The position numbers and the translations under genes are program-made. The notes beneath the pieces are model-generated. The model had not been told where the DNA came from. It was given only the letters and a program-made list of their open reading frames with translations, and searched no databases. A stretch of DNA of 64,000 nt from NCBI RefSeq assembly GCF_004010195.1, contig NC_057720.1, positions 30,103,829 through 30,167,828 of the forward strand, in the 5' to 3' direction. The DNA is from Chiloscyllium plagiosum. Taxonomy: Eukaryota. Shown here one piece after another: positions 25,278 to 39,060 of the stretch (positions are counted from its first letter, which is position 1; the number at the start of each line of letters is the position of its first letter).

Positions 25278-25485
25278 ACAAAGTTAAAAATCACACAACA
25301 CCAGGTTATCATCCAACAGGTTTAGTGGGAAACAGCGCTCCGAAAGCTAGTGTGAAAACTACCTGATGAAGGAGCGTCGCTCCGAAAGCTAGTGTGCTTC
25401 CAATTAAACCTGTTGGACTATAACCTGGTGTTGTGTGACTTTTAACTTTGTACACCCCAGTCCAACACCGGCAACTCCAAATCAC
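25278..25485 (+). mobile_element. Penelope-derived hairpin insert, family B, with intact hammerhead (25359-25395) preceded by a half copy
   Basis: 13-bp TSD aatttaggg(a/g)agg; inverted arm 25279-25325; CTGATGA-aGGAGCgtcGCTCC-GAAA-GC-TA. Confidence 0.85.
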
Positions 25486-25764
25486 AATTTAGGGGAGGCA
25501 TTGTGTACCTGGACCTGGGTAGTAATTAGCTGGTAGGCGTTTTTGTAAGGAGGTGCAATGATCAAGTTTTTCAGAAAATATTTGCCTGCTTACATTCACT
25601 GTCTACACTACATATGCTGTTTGTGAGTTTTGGAGGAGCATTGCTGCTACGCAGGCAACTATATGTCCAATAATCATCAGTCCTTTCCAAACAACCAGGG
25701 GAACATATTGGCAGAGGGGAGAAAATTCACACAGAGTGAAATTGGGACATACTTCTACATGCAA

Positions 25765-26825
25765 AAGAGAGACCTTGGAGTGCAGGTTCATAGCTCCTTG
25801 AAAGTGGAGTCGCAGCTAGATAGGATAGTGAAGAAGGCGTCTGGTATGCTTTCCTTTATTGGTCAGAGTATTGAGTACAGGAGTCGGGAGGTCATGGTAC
25901 GGCTGTACAGGACATTGGTTAGGCCACTGTTGGAATATTGCATGCAATTCTGGTCTCCTTCCTATCAGAAAGATGTTGTGAAACTTGAAAGGGTTCAGAA
26001 AAGATTTACAAGGATGTTGCCAGGGTTGGAGGATTTGAGCTACAGGGAGAGGCTGAACAGGCTGGGGCTGTTTTCCCTGGAGCATCGGAGGATGAGGGGT
26101 GACCTTATAGAGGTTTACAAAATTATGAGGGGCATGGATAGGGTAAATAGGCGAAGTCTTTTCCCTGGGGTCGGGGAGTCCAGAACTAGAAAGCATAGGT
26201 TTAGGATGAGACAGGAAAGATATAAAAGAGACCTACAGGGCAACGTTTTCGCACAGACGGTGGTACGTGTAGGGGGAATGAGCTGCCAGAGGATGTGGTG
26301 GAGGCTGGTACAATTGCAACATTCAAGAGGCATTTGGATGGGTATATAAATAGGAAGGGTTTGATTAGATTAGATTACTTACAGTGTGGAAACAGGCCCT
26401 TTGGCCCAACAAGTCCACACCGCCCCGCCGAAGCGCAACCCACCCATGCCCCTACATTTATCCCTTACCTAACACTACGGACAATTTAGCATGGCCAATT
26501 CACCTGACCTGCACATCTTTGGACTGTGGGAGGAAACCGGAGCACCCGGAGGAAACCCACGCAGACACGGGGAGAACATGCAAACTCCACACAGTCAGTC
26601 GCCTGAGGTGGGAATTGAACCCGGGTCTCTGGCGCTGTGAGGCAGCAGTGCTAACCACTGTGCCATCATGCCACCCACGGTGGAGTTGCCGGTGTTGGAG
26701 GGATATGGACCGGGTGCTGGCAAGTGGGACTAGAATGGGTTGGGATATCTGGTCGGCATGGACGGGTTGGACCAAAGGGTCTGTTTCTATGCTGTACATA
26801 TCTATGACTGTATGACTCTATGTTC
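25765..26825 (+). mobile_element. CR1 3' fragment with nested HE1 SINE
   Basis: Open RT C-terminal frame (RDLGVQVHSSLK...), atgactgtatgactctat tail. Confidence 0.93.
26362..26677 (-). mobile_element. HE1-type SINE
   Basis: Full tRNA head, V-domain and (taatc)n tail. Confidence 0.93.
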
Positions 26826-27060
26826 CAAAAATTTGGAACTCTCTTTCAAAAATGACAATTGGTAGTAGAGGATCAATTGTTAGTTTCAAAACCTCAATGA
26901 GATTTTTGTTAACCGACGGGGATAAGCATGGATGATGGCTGGATCGATGGATTTATGTCACAGGTCAGCCATGATAGCAATGAATGACTGAGCAGGATCT
27001 AAAGGTAAGTGGCCTACATCTTCTTTTATGCCTGATGTGAAGCCATGGCTTTTCTCTTAC

Positions 27061-27177
27061 CTGCTCCAGATAAGCATGCAACACGTAACTTGGTGATACA
27101 TCCCCTTTGTTTATTGATTTACAGAGATCAGGAAGTGAGAAAAAGTGGGCAGAATCACTGTTTCCTTGATAGGTTTC
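27061..27177 (-). CDS. FAAH: FAAH-like exon 2 (117 nt, ETYQGNSDSAHFFSLPDLCKSINKGDVSPSYVLHAYLEQ)
   Basis: Pyrimidine tract + TAG acceptor and GTAAG donor, phase 0/0. Resembles the FAAH segment LPLPQLVQKLHSRELAPEAVLFTYVGK. Not shown in the ORF track. Confidence 0.85.
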
Positions 27178-28308
27178 CTAGGAGGAAGAGAAAATTTTCT
27201 TGGTTATATTGTAAACAGCCAGTTACTGATGGATCAATTCAGATGCTATGACACGCAGGTTCAGGAACAAAGTATGCCGCAAGCGCATAAAGGAGACTTG
27301 ACCAAATGGAATATAAAATGAAAGAAAACAAAGGAAAGTTAGGTCTGATTCAATACCAAATCTATTACTAACCGTCTACTTATTACTTTGTTAATATTTC
27401 TTCAAAATTCAAATAAGTCAGAAGGAGGAATCAGAGGATGATTCAATCCAAGACATTGTACTTTTCCAAATGAATGGGTCAACATCTGTAGTTATAAGGG
27501 TCCATGAATTATTCAGCTTTTAATTTTCCATCCCTCCCTTTGAACCATGCAGGTACTATACCTTCCAATCAGGGCTTGGGATACAGAGATGATACACCAG
27601 GGCCCAGTAACTGGGAAGAAGGGCTCTAGGGAAACCACTATATTTGGAAAGCTTGTTGGGGACAGAACATGCCAACATCAGGAGCAGCATCTGATTATAT
27701 CACTACTCCTGCTCTCCATAGCCAAGACAAAGATTGATAAATCACTGCAATGGGAATTGCAGACACTAGTACTCATGTTGTCCACATTTCATGCTCCCAC
27801 ATCCTCTTGAAGTGGCATAGGCCCAGAGGGAGGTCAGCAGTAGAGAAGCAGGAGGACAGGTGCTAGGGCAAGTGCTAGCTACAATACCTTTTTCCCTTCT
27901 CATCCAAGCTAAACGCACATAATCAGATTGCTAACTATTTTATGAAACTCATCATGTCAATCCTGCTAATATAAATGAATTGTGAATTTTGCTTCCCATG
28001 TTATTTTCCCATATTATGTGTACCTGAGCAGAAAACAAAAGAAGAAGAAGCAGTTAAGATGCACCATGCTCTGATCAAATCACTTTACGTCACCAACTTT
28101 GATCCCCAAAAGAACCAGCCTGAAGATTAACTGTCTGGTACAATAGTGAACAGTACTGTATTAAGAACTGAAATTTTGTGAAAAGTTATTCAACACATTT
28201 AGCGATTTCCAGACTGCATCTGGAATGAATAAACCAACTGGTTATCTAACCTTTATCAGAAGAGAAAATCTGCCACCCATACCCAGTCCATACTACATGG
28301 TACACTCT

Positions 28309-29415
28309 TGTTACGACATGGGGTAAACTCTCCTGCTTAATTTAAACCACAACACAGAAAAGATTTATCCCATGTGGTAATCTGTGAAACTTCAAGAGGA
28401 CAGGAACTATTTAAAGTAAAGGTTAACAACTTTATTTCTTAAAGTATATCAGAGAATGATTAACTAACAACTATTTACAACTCTGGAGCATCGGAGGTTG
28501 AGGGGTGATCTTATAGAGGTTTACAAAATTATGACGGGTCTGGATAGGATAAATAGACAAAGTCTTTTCCCTGGGGTGGGGGAGTCCAGAACTAGAGGGC
28601 ATAGGTTTAGGGTGGGAGGGGAAAGATATAAAAGGGACTAAGATGCAACTTTTTCACACAGAGGGTGGTACGTGTATGGAATGAGCTGCCAGAGGAAGTG
28701 GTGAAGGCTGGTACAATTGCAACATTTAAAAGGCATTTGGATGGGTATATGAATAGGAAGGGTTTGGAGGGATATGGGTCAGGTGCTGGCAGGTGGGACC
28801 AGATAGGGTTGGGATATCTGGTCAGCATGGACGGGTTGGACCGAAGGGTCTGTTTCCATGCTATACATCTCTATGACTCTATAACTCCTTCCTCTAACCT
28901 ATCTTTTACTTTCCCTTCTACGATATTAGTCTGATAAAATCCCCAAATTAAGATCTATGAAACAAAACTTCTTATCTCAAATCCAGGCAGCTTTCGGTTT
29001 TTCTCTGTATTCCGGTCTTCTTTCCTTCTTCTTGAGGATTCTGCTTCACAGGTTATAGATCGATAAAGGTAACTTTAAGAGAGATTTTTTTTGCCAGTCT
29101 CTACATGCTTGCTTGGCAGTTCTCCTCCCAACTTTTCAATTTTCCCCGGTCTTATACTCCTAAAGCATCGGAATGTGTCATTGACGTTTAAGATTGTCAA
29201 TATACTAAATTCAAACTTGATTGGAGTTTGTTTTTTTGGGGGGGATATAATGTAAACTGATTGGCCCATTTCGAATCTGTTTTTGACTCCAGGCAACCAA
29301 CTACTCTAGCTACCCCTGTAGCTGGACTACAAATTACATTATATCTTATTGAGAACACTTGGTGCTGTCACTTTTAACTCTCTTCAAGTTACAGTACATC
29401 CACATCTTCATAACA
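28309..29415 (-). repeat. 3' LTR of the gypsy element (interrupted by a CR1 fragment at 28484-28882)
   Basis: TGTTA...TAACA termini; polypurine tract aaggaggagg immediately internal (29416-29425, minus). Confidence 0.9.
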
Positions 29416-29619
29416 CCTCCTCCTTAAGAAAAAAATGAACCATCATAATGAAAAGATGGCTTCAGGTTTTTTTTCTATTTTTAAAACACATTATCCTAAC
29501 ATACAGATAACTTTGCTATAAGTTCACTGTAACTTCTTCCCATATACCTATATATATAAAACATTGAATTAATACAAATCTCATCTAAAATTTATCAGTC
29601 AAATCCACGATAACGCATT

Positions 29620-30860
29620 TGCGATTACAGTCTTACGACTGGAACATGTATGATTTTTAAATTAACAGTCTGTAACACAAGACTCCAAAGAAATAGTCTC
29701 ATATTCTTGTCTTGAAAGAATTCTAAGAATGTAAGCGGATCGTGATCCATGTGCATAACTGTCATTGATGCTTTGTTCATGATATACACATTAACATGTT
29801 GTAAGGCCAGTACCAAACTCAATAGCTCTTTTTTGACATGGAGTATTTCCTCTGGTGGCTGTTAATCTTCTTTGAAAAGTAACCACCTGGCAGTTCAATC
29901 CCATCCTCATCTTCCTGTAATACAGCTCCAACTCCAATGTCACTAGCATCAATGGCGACTTTAAAAGGTTTTATTAAGTTTGGTGTAGCTAAAACTGGTT
30001 TAATATAGCTTTCAAATGGTCAAATGTCTTCTGGCATTGTTCTGTTCACTGAAACTTTGTGTTCTTCTTCAGCAAATCAGTTAACAGTGCTACTACAGTG
30101 CTGAAATTTGGAACAAACTTCTGATAGAATCCGTTGAGCACTAAGAATTGAAGCACCTCTTTCTTTGAGGTTAGCCATGGAAGTTCCTCGATGGCCTTTG
30201 TCTTTGCATTCTGCGGTGTCAACCTTCCATGACCGATGTTATGTCCCAAGAACATCACCTCTGCTTTCACAAATTCAGTTTTATTTAAATTGATCACCAG
30301 TTTTGCTTCTCATAGTTGTTCAAAGAGCTCTGCCAACTGTACCATGTGATCTTTCCAGGACTTACTAAAGATCACAACATCATCCAAATAGACCATACAG
30401 TTTGTTAACTCAGCCATAACTCTGTTCATGAGTCTTTGGAATGTGACAGCTGCGTTCTTCATTCCAAAGGGAATCACTTTAAACTTATATAGCCCATTTA
30501 CAATTACAAATGCAGAAATTTCTTTCGCCGTCTCTGCTAAAGGTATCTGCCAGTAACCATGCATTAAGTCCAACTTGGTGATGTAACTGGTTTGTCGGAC
30601 TCTCTAGGAATTGGATATGAGTCCGATTTTGTAATGGCGTTGACCTTCCGATAATCCACTCAGAATCGTCGAGCCCCGTCCAGGTTGGGAACTAAGAGAT
30701 TGGCGAACTCCACTCGCTCTGGCTCGGTTCGATGATGTCTTCGTTGAGCATTGCCTCCACTTACATCTGGACCTGTCTGGCTTTGAAAGCAATAGGGATG
30801 TTGTTTTATCAGAGCAGTATTCCCTTCATCTCTTTCATGTACAGTAGCATTAGTCCTCCC
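29620..30860 (-). pseudogene. Gypsy RT and RNase H (disrupted)
   Basis: DLMHGYWQIPL, PFGMKNAAVTFQRLM, VYLDDVVI, VAIDASDIG, DHDPLTFL motifs. Confidence 0.92.
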
Positions 30861-30877
30861 CATCTGATTCTTATATG

Positions 30878-31186
30878 TTAGATTACTTACAGTGTGGAAA
30901 CAGGCCCTTCGGCCCAACAAGTCCACACTGACCCTCCGAAGAGCAACCCACCCATGCCCCTACATTTACCTCTTACCTAACACTACGGGCAATTTAGCAT
31001 GGCCAATTCACCTAACCTGCACATCTTTGTGACTGTGGGAGGAAACTGGAGCACCCAAAGGAAACCCACGCAGACACGGGGAGAACGTGCAAACTCCACA
31101 CAGTCATTCGTCTGAGGCGGGAATTGAACCCGGGTCTCTGGCACTGTGAGGCAGCAGTGCTAACCACTGTGCCACCGTGCCGCCCA
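30878..31186 (-). mobile_element. HE1-type SINE nested in gypsy pol
   Basis: Full consensus; tatatgt on both sides (TSD). Confidence 0.92.
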
Positions 31187-31199
31187 CATATATGTCCTT

Positions 31200-32330
31200 A
31201 TCCTGCAGTAACAAATATTTCAATTGTGTTCTATGCTCTTGAGATAGATAGCTTACTAACCTATCCCACCTCTCAAAGACATCTTCAATTTTTAATCCAT
31301 TTTGAGGCACATCAAAATCCACATCATCTGGATTTGATTCCTCACTCCAAGGGGCAGTAACTAAGACCTGTTTTTCCAATTCTTTCTCTCTAGTATAATA
31401 CAGTTTCAACATGTTCACATGACACACCCAATACCACTTTTTTCTATCTGGCATCTTTGCTAAATAGTTCACCGAACTCAACTTTTTCTCAATTTGATAG
31501 CGGCCACTAAACCTGGCTTTGAAGGATCTCCTATCACTGGTAACAGTACTAACATGTTAACCCCTTGGGAAAACGTCCAAGTCTCAGAGCTTTTATCTGC
31601 CACCTGCTTCATTCTGTATTGTGCCCACTTTAGGTGCTGTTTAGCTAATTCAAAGGGAGTGAACTGAATAGATTTGTTTTGGCCATCCCTAATGGCAAAC
31701 AATATAAGTGGGATACCTTTATCCCAATCATTCGGGTAATCCTGACAGTATGCTCTCAACATGGTCTTCAAGGTCTGATACCACCTTTCTAAAGCTCCCT
31801 GGGATTCAGGATGATACACATTGGATTTAAAATGCTGTATACCTAAGCTATCCATAACCTCTTTAAACAGTCCAGCAGTAAAATTTGACCCTCGGTCTGA
31901 CTGAATCTCTCTGGGTAGCCCATACCATGTGAAGAAAGCTACTAACTCCTCTACTACCCTTTTTGCCTTGATACTCCACAATGGAATTGCCTCTGGAAAT
32001 CTGGCAAACACATCCATTATGGTTAACAAGTACTGGTTCCCACTTTTAGTTCTCAGGAGGGGACCTACACAATCAATTATAACCAGCTTGAAAGGTTCTT
32101 CAAATGCGGGAATTGGCAACAAAGGTGCTGGTTTTTATTACCGCCTGTGGCTTACCTACCATTTGGCATGTATGACATGTACGGCAAAAGTTAACCACAT
32201 CCTTGTGCATTCCAGGTCAATAAAAATGTTTTTGTACCTTAGCTTGAGTCTTTCGTGCCCCTAGGTGACCTCCTACAGGTAGTTTATGTACTACCCATAA
32301 CACTTCCTTCTGTATGCTACTGGCTACACA
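31200..32330 (-). pseudogene. Gypsy integrase (HHCC zinc finger + DDE core), located upstream of RT
   Basis: HKLPVGGHLG...CRTCHTC; IDCVGPL, IQSDRGSNF, YHPESQGALERW. Confidence 0.92.
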
Positions 32331-32699
32331 ATTTGGTGCGTTGCGGCCCATTTCTCCTCTGCACTAACCTGCTGTGGTCTCCATTTTCACCTTAGAATTC
32401 TATCTTTCAGATAATAATGCTCCGGAATATTCTCTGCCTCCTTTTCAGAGTACACATCCACATATATATCTTGTATTGTCTTATCTTGCTGTTGCAAGTC
32501 TCTTAGACTTTCAGGACTAAACACTTCTGTCTGACCCTGTGCCTGTTCAGGTTTTCCCTGCACCATTACATCATACAAGGTATCTGCTAACTGAAACTCA
32601 ACTCCTTCATCTTTCTCTTTACTTTTCACTTCATGCTGTGACTTATGATAAGTGTGATCTGGTTACCACACAGTCCGGGAAAATATCAGGATATTTCTG

Positions 32700-34240
32700 T
32701 TTTAACTCCCCAGTTTCTTGATCTTCCTAGGGCTTCTCCACAACAAGGGTTGTCACTCCCACCTTGGATTCTGCCAAATCATTCCCAAGAACAAACTGAG
32801 TTCCGGGAACTGACACTCTGACAATCACTCCCACTGTAAATTCCCCAGTCTTAAGTTGGCACTCCAAACTGATCTTACATCAGGGAATGCTAAACTTCTG
32901 TCCATTCAACCCACAAATTACCACACTCTCGGGTAACAGATCAGAAAGAGTGCAAATTCGCTCATCCCTTACTATCAGTGACTGGTTAGATCCTGTATCT
33001 CTCAAAATTATAACTCCTTGTCCTTCTCCCCCTGTTCTTTCTGAGTAAACTCTACCCACAGAGGCAAATTCTTTGTAGAGATCAGATACTAGCTTCATAC
33101 CCAGCCCCTTCCTCAGCTGTGCACTCTCCTGCAGCTCCTCGGCTCTTGTTCGTGTCTCCTTTACCACTTTTACTAATGCCACTAGCTTAGCTTCTTTAAC
33201 CACCTCTTTTATGGGCGGCATGGTGGCACAGTGGTTAAAATTGCTGCTCACAGTGCCAGAGACCCGGGTTCAATTCCCGCATCAGGCAAGTGTCTGTGTG
33301 GAGTTTGCACATTGTCTGCGTGGGTTTCCTCCAGGTCCTCCGGTTTCCTCCCACAGTCCAAAAAAAGATGTGTAGGTTAGGTGAATTGGCCATGCTAAAT
33401 TGCCTGTAGTGTTGGGTAAACGTAGGGGAATGGGTCTGGGTGTGTTGCTCTTCAGAGAGTCAGTGTGGACTTGTTGGGCTGAAGGGCCTATTTCCACACC
33501 GTATGTAATCTAATCTTTTCCCACAGTGCCTTTCTTTAATGACCAGCACTGTGACTTTACGTGTCCCACTTTACCACAGTGAAAACACCTGAGGCCTTTC
33601 ACATCCTTTCCAACCTCTTGGGCTTCTTTTTTATCCTGTGGTAAATTCTTACCAGTGGTCTCTTCTGTTGGTTTCATAATGTAGGATCTCCCTTTCTCCC
33701 AACTTCTGTCCCTCACAGGACGAAATTCTGGCTGGAAGCTTGTCTTATGCACCAACATGTACTCATCTGATAATTCTGCTACTCTTCTCACTTCCTGAAC
33801 TTTTTGTTCCTCCATGTGAATTCTTACTATCTCTGGAAGTCAGTTTTTAGACTCCTCCAGCAGAATAATCTCGCATAGAGCCTAAAAGATCCTATCTGTT
33901 TTCAAAACACATACCCATCGATCAAAATAACTATGTTTAATTATTTTGAACTCAACATAAGTCTGGCCTGGTTCCCTCTTTGTGTTTCTGAACCACTGTC
34001 TATATGCTTCTGGTACCAATTCATAAGCACTTAAAATAGTCTGTTTAACCTCTTCATAATCTCTTGACCCCTCATCTGACAGTGCGGCAAATACCTCACT
34101 AGTTCTGCCTACCAGTTTAATCTGAACTAGCATTACCCATAAATCCTTAGATCACTCCATCTGCCTAGACAATTTTTCAAATGAAATAAAGAAGGCTTCA
34201 ACATGTTTCTCATCAAAATGAGGCAGAGTTTTGACATGTT
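32700..34240 (-). pseudogene. Gypsy gag (SCAN-like domain + CCHC knuckle) and aspartic protease; gag N-terminus displaced to 38324-38793
   Basis: AYELVPEAYRQWFR...IILLEE..N.LPEIVRIH; CFHCGKVGHVKSQC; ILRDTGSNQSLI. Confidence 0.88.
33212..33515 (+). mobile_element. HE1-type SINE nested in gypsy gag-PR
   Basis: gggcggcatggtggcacagtggtt head and taatctaatc tail. Confidence 0.92.
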
Positions 34241-34241
34241 T

Positions 34242-37200
34242 GAGTGCGAGCAGCAGCGGAAGTAAGACAAACCCGAAAGACTGCAGCTAAGGTAAGGCAG
34301 TTTTTTCAAACTACTTACCGGTAGCGGACAGCGGTGTTTTCCCTTTCACAGAAGGAGTGGGAACAGTGGAGGAAGTGACAAGGACCAGAGGGGCAGCCGG
34401 GAAGGAAAGCAGTGACAATATATATCAGCAAGGCGGCTAAACCCGAGGCTCTACAACTGTAGAGTCTCCCACCCACCCTCCTCCTCTAACCTAGTTAATA
34501 AGGTAAGGTTCATTCTAAACTTCCTCTATTGAATATAAGTTTGTTATTAATTTTATAGCAAGTTGAACTAAGCTTTCTACTTTAGTACTGAGTGGGTGTT
34601 CGGATAAGTCGGGTATGGATCCTAGGGCAGTTGCTTGCTCCTCCTGCAGAATGTGGCAGGTGGGAGACATGTCTCCACTGGCAACATCTGTGGGAAGTGC
34701 ACCCAACTCCAGATCCTTGAAAACTGTGTTAGGGAATTGGAGCTGGAGCTGGATGAACTATGGATCTTTCATGAGGCTGAGGGGGTAATTGAGAGGAGTT
34801 ACCGGGAGTTGGTCACTCCTAAGGCTCAGGACAAGGATAGATGGGTTACAGTTAGGGGGAAGAAAGGGCCCAGACAGTGCAGAGATCCCCTGTGGACATT
34901 CCCCTCAGCAATAAGTATACCGTTTTGGATACTGCTGGGGGGATGACCTACCAAAGAAAAACCATAGCAGTCAGTTCTCTGGCACTGAGCCTGACACTGT
35001 GGCAAAGAAGGGAAGGGGGCAGAATTGAAAAATACTCGTGGTAGGGGCCTCGATAGTTAGGGGAATCGACAGGAGATTTTGTGGTCAGGATCAGGATTCC
35101 CGGAAGGTATGTTGTCTCCCTGGTGCCAGGGTCCGGGACGTCTCCGATCGGGTGTTTAAGGTTCTAAAAGGGGAGGGCGAACAGCCAGAAATCGTGTTAC
35201 ATATTGGCACTAATGATATAGCCAGGAAAAGGATCGAGGATATAAAAAGTGATTTCAGGGAGTTAGGATGGAAGCTGCAAAGCAGGACGAACAGAGTAGT
35301 GTTCTCTAGTTTACTACTGGTGCCACGAGATAGCGAGGCGAGGAACAGGGAGCGGGTGTAGCTTAACACGTGGCTGCGCAGCTGGTGTAGGAGGGAGGGC
35401 TTCAGATATGTAGATAATTGGGATTGGGAAGGTGGGACCTGTACATGAAGGATGGGGTTGCATCTGAACTGGAAGGGGACCAATGTCCTGGGTGGAAGGT
35501 TTGCTCGAGTAGTTCGAGAGGGTTTAAACTAGTGTGGCAGGGGGGTGGGAACCTGAGCTGTATACGAGAGGTGAGAGTTGATGCAGATGAGGCAATAGCA
35601 AGAGGTAGACCAGCTAGTGGAAAGGATTTTCCTGGGAAGGAACCAAGGAATCAGTTAAAGTGTGTTTGCTTTAACACAAGGAGTATCAGAAATAAAAGTG
35701 ATGAACTTAGAGCATGGATCAATACCTAGTGCTATGATGTTGTGGCCATAACAGAGACATGGGTTTCTCGGGGTAGGAATGGTTGCTGGATGTTCCAGGG
35801 TTTAGAACATTTAAAAAGAATAGGGAGGGGGGGGGAAAAAAGAGGAGAGGGTATAGCACTACTAATCAGAGAGGGTATCACAGCTACAGAAGTTTCCATT
35901 GTCGAGGAAGATCTGCCTGTTTTTGTAAGGTGTGTTTAGGAGGGTTTAACTCAGTACGTTGACAGGCCGACGAGGGGAGAGGCCATTCTAGACTTGGTGC
36001 TTGGAAACGAGTCGGGGCAGGTATCAGATCTTGTGGTGGGAGAGCATTTTGGAGATACTCACCACAACTGCCTCACATTCTACATAGCTAGGGAGAAGGA
36101 GAGGATTAGGCAAAATGGGAGGATATTTAATTGGGGAAGAGGAAACTATGATGCGATTAGACATGAGTTAGGAAGCATGGATTGGGAGCAATTGTTCCAT
36201 GGTAAAGGCACTATAGACATGTGGAGACTGTTTAAGGAACAGTTGTTGCAAGTGATGAATAAATATGTCCCTCTGAGACAGGCAAGAAGGGGTAAGATAA
36301 AGGAACCCTGGATGACGAGAACGGTGGAGCTTCTCGTCAAAAGAAAAAAGGTAGCTTACATAAGGTGGAGGAAGCTAGGATCAAGCTCAGCTCTAGAGGA
36401 TTACAGGCAGGCAAGGAAGGAGCTCAAAAATGGTCTGAGGAGAGCCAGGAGGGGGCACGAGAAAGGCTTGGCAGAATGGATTAGGGAGAACAAAAAGACA
36501 TTTTATTCCTCACTTATGTGAGGAATAAGAGAATGGTCAAAGAAAGAGTAGGGCTGGTCAGGGATAGCTTAGGGAATTTGTGTGTGGAGTCTGAGGAGGT
36601 AGGGGAAGCCCTAAATGAGTTTTTTGCTTCTGTTTTTACGAAAGAAACAAACTTTGTAGTGAATGAAACCTTTGAAGAGCAGGTGTGCATGCTGGAATGG
36701 ATAGAGATAGAGGAAGTTGATGTGCTGAAAATTTTGTGAAACATTAAGATTGACAAGTCGCCAGGTCTGAAAATGTGTTGCTGGAAAAGCACAGCAGGTC
36801 AGGCAGCATCCAAGTCGTCAGGCCCGGACCAGATTTGTCCTCGGCTGCTTTGGGAAACGAGAAATGCAATTGCTTCGCCACTTGCAAAGATCTTTGCCTC
36901 CTCGCTCTCCACTGGAGGCGTACCTGAGGACTGGAGAGAGGCAAATGTAATTCCTCTCTTCAAGAAAGGAAATAGGGAAATCCCCGGCAATTACAGACCA
37001 GTAAGTCTCATGTCTGTCATCTGCAAGGTGTTAGAAAGGATTCTGAGGGATAGGATTTATGACCATCTGGAAGAGCATGGCTTGATTAAATGCAGTCAAC
37101 ACAGCTTTGTGAGGGGCAGGTCATGCCTCACAAATCTTGTTGAGTTCTTTGAGGATGTTGCTAGATAAGTTGATGAGGGTCGAGCGATGGATGTGGTGTA

Positions 37201-38323
37201 TATGGACTTCAGCAAGGCATTTGATAAGGTTCCCCATGGTAGGCTCATTCAGAAGGTCAGGGGAACTTAGCTGTCTGGATACAGAATTGGCTGGCCAACA
37301 GAAGACAGTGAGTGGTAGTAGAAGGAAAATATTCTGCCTGGAAATCTGTGGTGAGTGGTGTTCCACAGGGCTCTGTCCTTGGGCCTCTACTGTTTGTAAT
37401 TTTTATTAATGACTTGGATGAGGGGATTGAAGGATGGGTCAGCAAGTTTTCATACAACACAAAGATTGGAGGTGTCGTTGACAGTATAGAGGGCTGTTGT
37501 AGGCTGCAGCATGATATTGACAGGATGCAGAGATGGGCTGAGAGGTGGCAGATGGAGTTCAACCTGGATAAATGCAAGGTGATGCATTTTGGAAGGTCGA
37601 ATTTGAAAGCTGAGTACAGGATTAAGGATAGGATTCTTGGCAGTGTGGAGGAACAGAGGGACCTTGGTGTGCAGGTACATAGATCCCTTAAAATGGCCAC
37701 CCAAGTGGACAGGGTTGTTAAGAAAGCATATGGTGTTTTGGCTTTCATTAACAGGGGGATTGAGTTTAAGAGTTGTGAGATCTTGTTGCAGCGCTATAAA
37801 ACTTTGGTTAGACCGCACTTGGAATACTGCGTCCAGTTCTGGTCGCCCTATTATAAGAAAGATGTGGAGAGGGTTCAGAGGAGGTTTACCAGGATGTTGC
37901 CTGGACTGGAGGGCTTATCTTATGAAGAGAGGTTGACTGAGCTCGGACTTTTTTCATTGGAGTAAAGGAGGAGGAGAGGGGACCTAATTGAGGTATACAA
38001 GATAATGAGAGACATAGATAGAGTCGAAAGCCAGAGACTATTTCACAGGGCAGAAATGACTAACATGAGGGGTCATAGTTTTCAGCTGGTTGGAGGAAAG
38101 TATAGAGGGGATGTCAGAGGCGGGTTCTTTACACAGAGAGTTGTGAGAGCATGGAATGCGTTGCCAGCAGCAGTTGTGGAAGCAAGGTCATTGGGGACAT
38201 TTAAGAGACTACTGGACATGCATATGGTCACAGAAATTTGAGGGTAGATACAATGAGGATCAGTGGTCGGCACAATTTCGTGGGCTGAAGGGCCTGTTCT
38301 GTGCTGTACTGTTCTATGTTCTA
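34242..38323 (+). mobile_element. Near full-length CR1 LINE (second subfamily) nested in gypsy gag
   Basis: ORF1 from 34615 (MDPRAVACSSC..CGKC, esterase VGASIVRG..HIGTND); ORF2 APE-RT; gttctatgttctat tail; stops and frameshifts. Confidence 0.95.
36766..36810. mobile_element. 45-bp Penelope family A terminal fragment nested in CR1
   Basis: 12-bp TSD caagtcg(c/t)cagg. Confidence 0.8.
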
Positions 38324-38865
38324 TTTGTCTTTATCACTACCTTCTCTTTTAATCTCCATCCTGTTAACTTGACTTTGCTGACTAAGTTACAACTTTGCAA
38401 ATTCAAATTCTCTCTCTTTTTGCTCAGCTAAGAACTTTCTGTCTCTTTCTTTTTCCTCTCTCTCTCTCTTTCGCTTTCCTTTTCTTCTCTCTCACTTTGC
38501 TCAGCCAAGAACCTTTTCTCTCTCTCTTTTTCCATTCGCTCCCTCTCTCTCTCTTTGTTTATCTTCTAACTCCATTTTCCTCAATTGTAATTTAAGTTTT
38601 TCTACCTCTACTGCACTTATCTGTTTCTCTGACACACCTAAACATTTGAGTAATTCCCTGACAGGTAAACTCAAACCTAACTTATTTGCTAATTCTAAAA
38701 GTATGATATTTTTCTTTCATTCTAAACTTTCTTGGGGCAAATTAGAGAATCATCTTCAAATCCCAGAACCTCTTTTGCAATTTTCAGGGCCATTTCTCTC
38801 ACTTTTAATTTAATCAACCACAAGTCACTGAAAGTAAACAACTTGTCTCACCTACATTTTATTTA

Positions 38866-38936
38866 TGACTTGGAGATGCCAGTGTTGGACTGGGGTGTAC
38901 AAAGTTAAAAATCACACAACACCAGGTTATAGTCCA
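38866..38936 (-). mobile_element. Truncated Penelope family B fragment in the gypsy leader
   Basis: 12-bp TSD acattttattta (38854-38865 / 38937-38948). Confidence 0.8.
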
Positions 38937-39060
38937 ACATTTTATTTAAAGATCTAGGACACGAACCTGCAAGTGTTTAAATCTGCTGGGAATTTTCATA
39001 CCCCAAAATCCATTCAAATTGGTCTAAACCAGTTCAAACCCCAACAACGAGCCCTCAAAC

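Noticed and set aside
26384..26815. Recurrent peptide DCGRKPEHPEETHADTGRTCKLHT
   Set aside because: Spurious translation of the HE1 SINE antisense strand.
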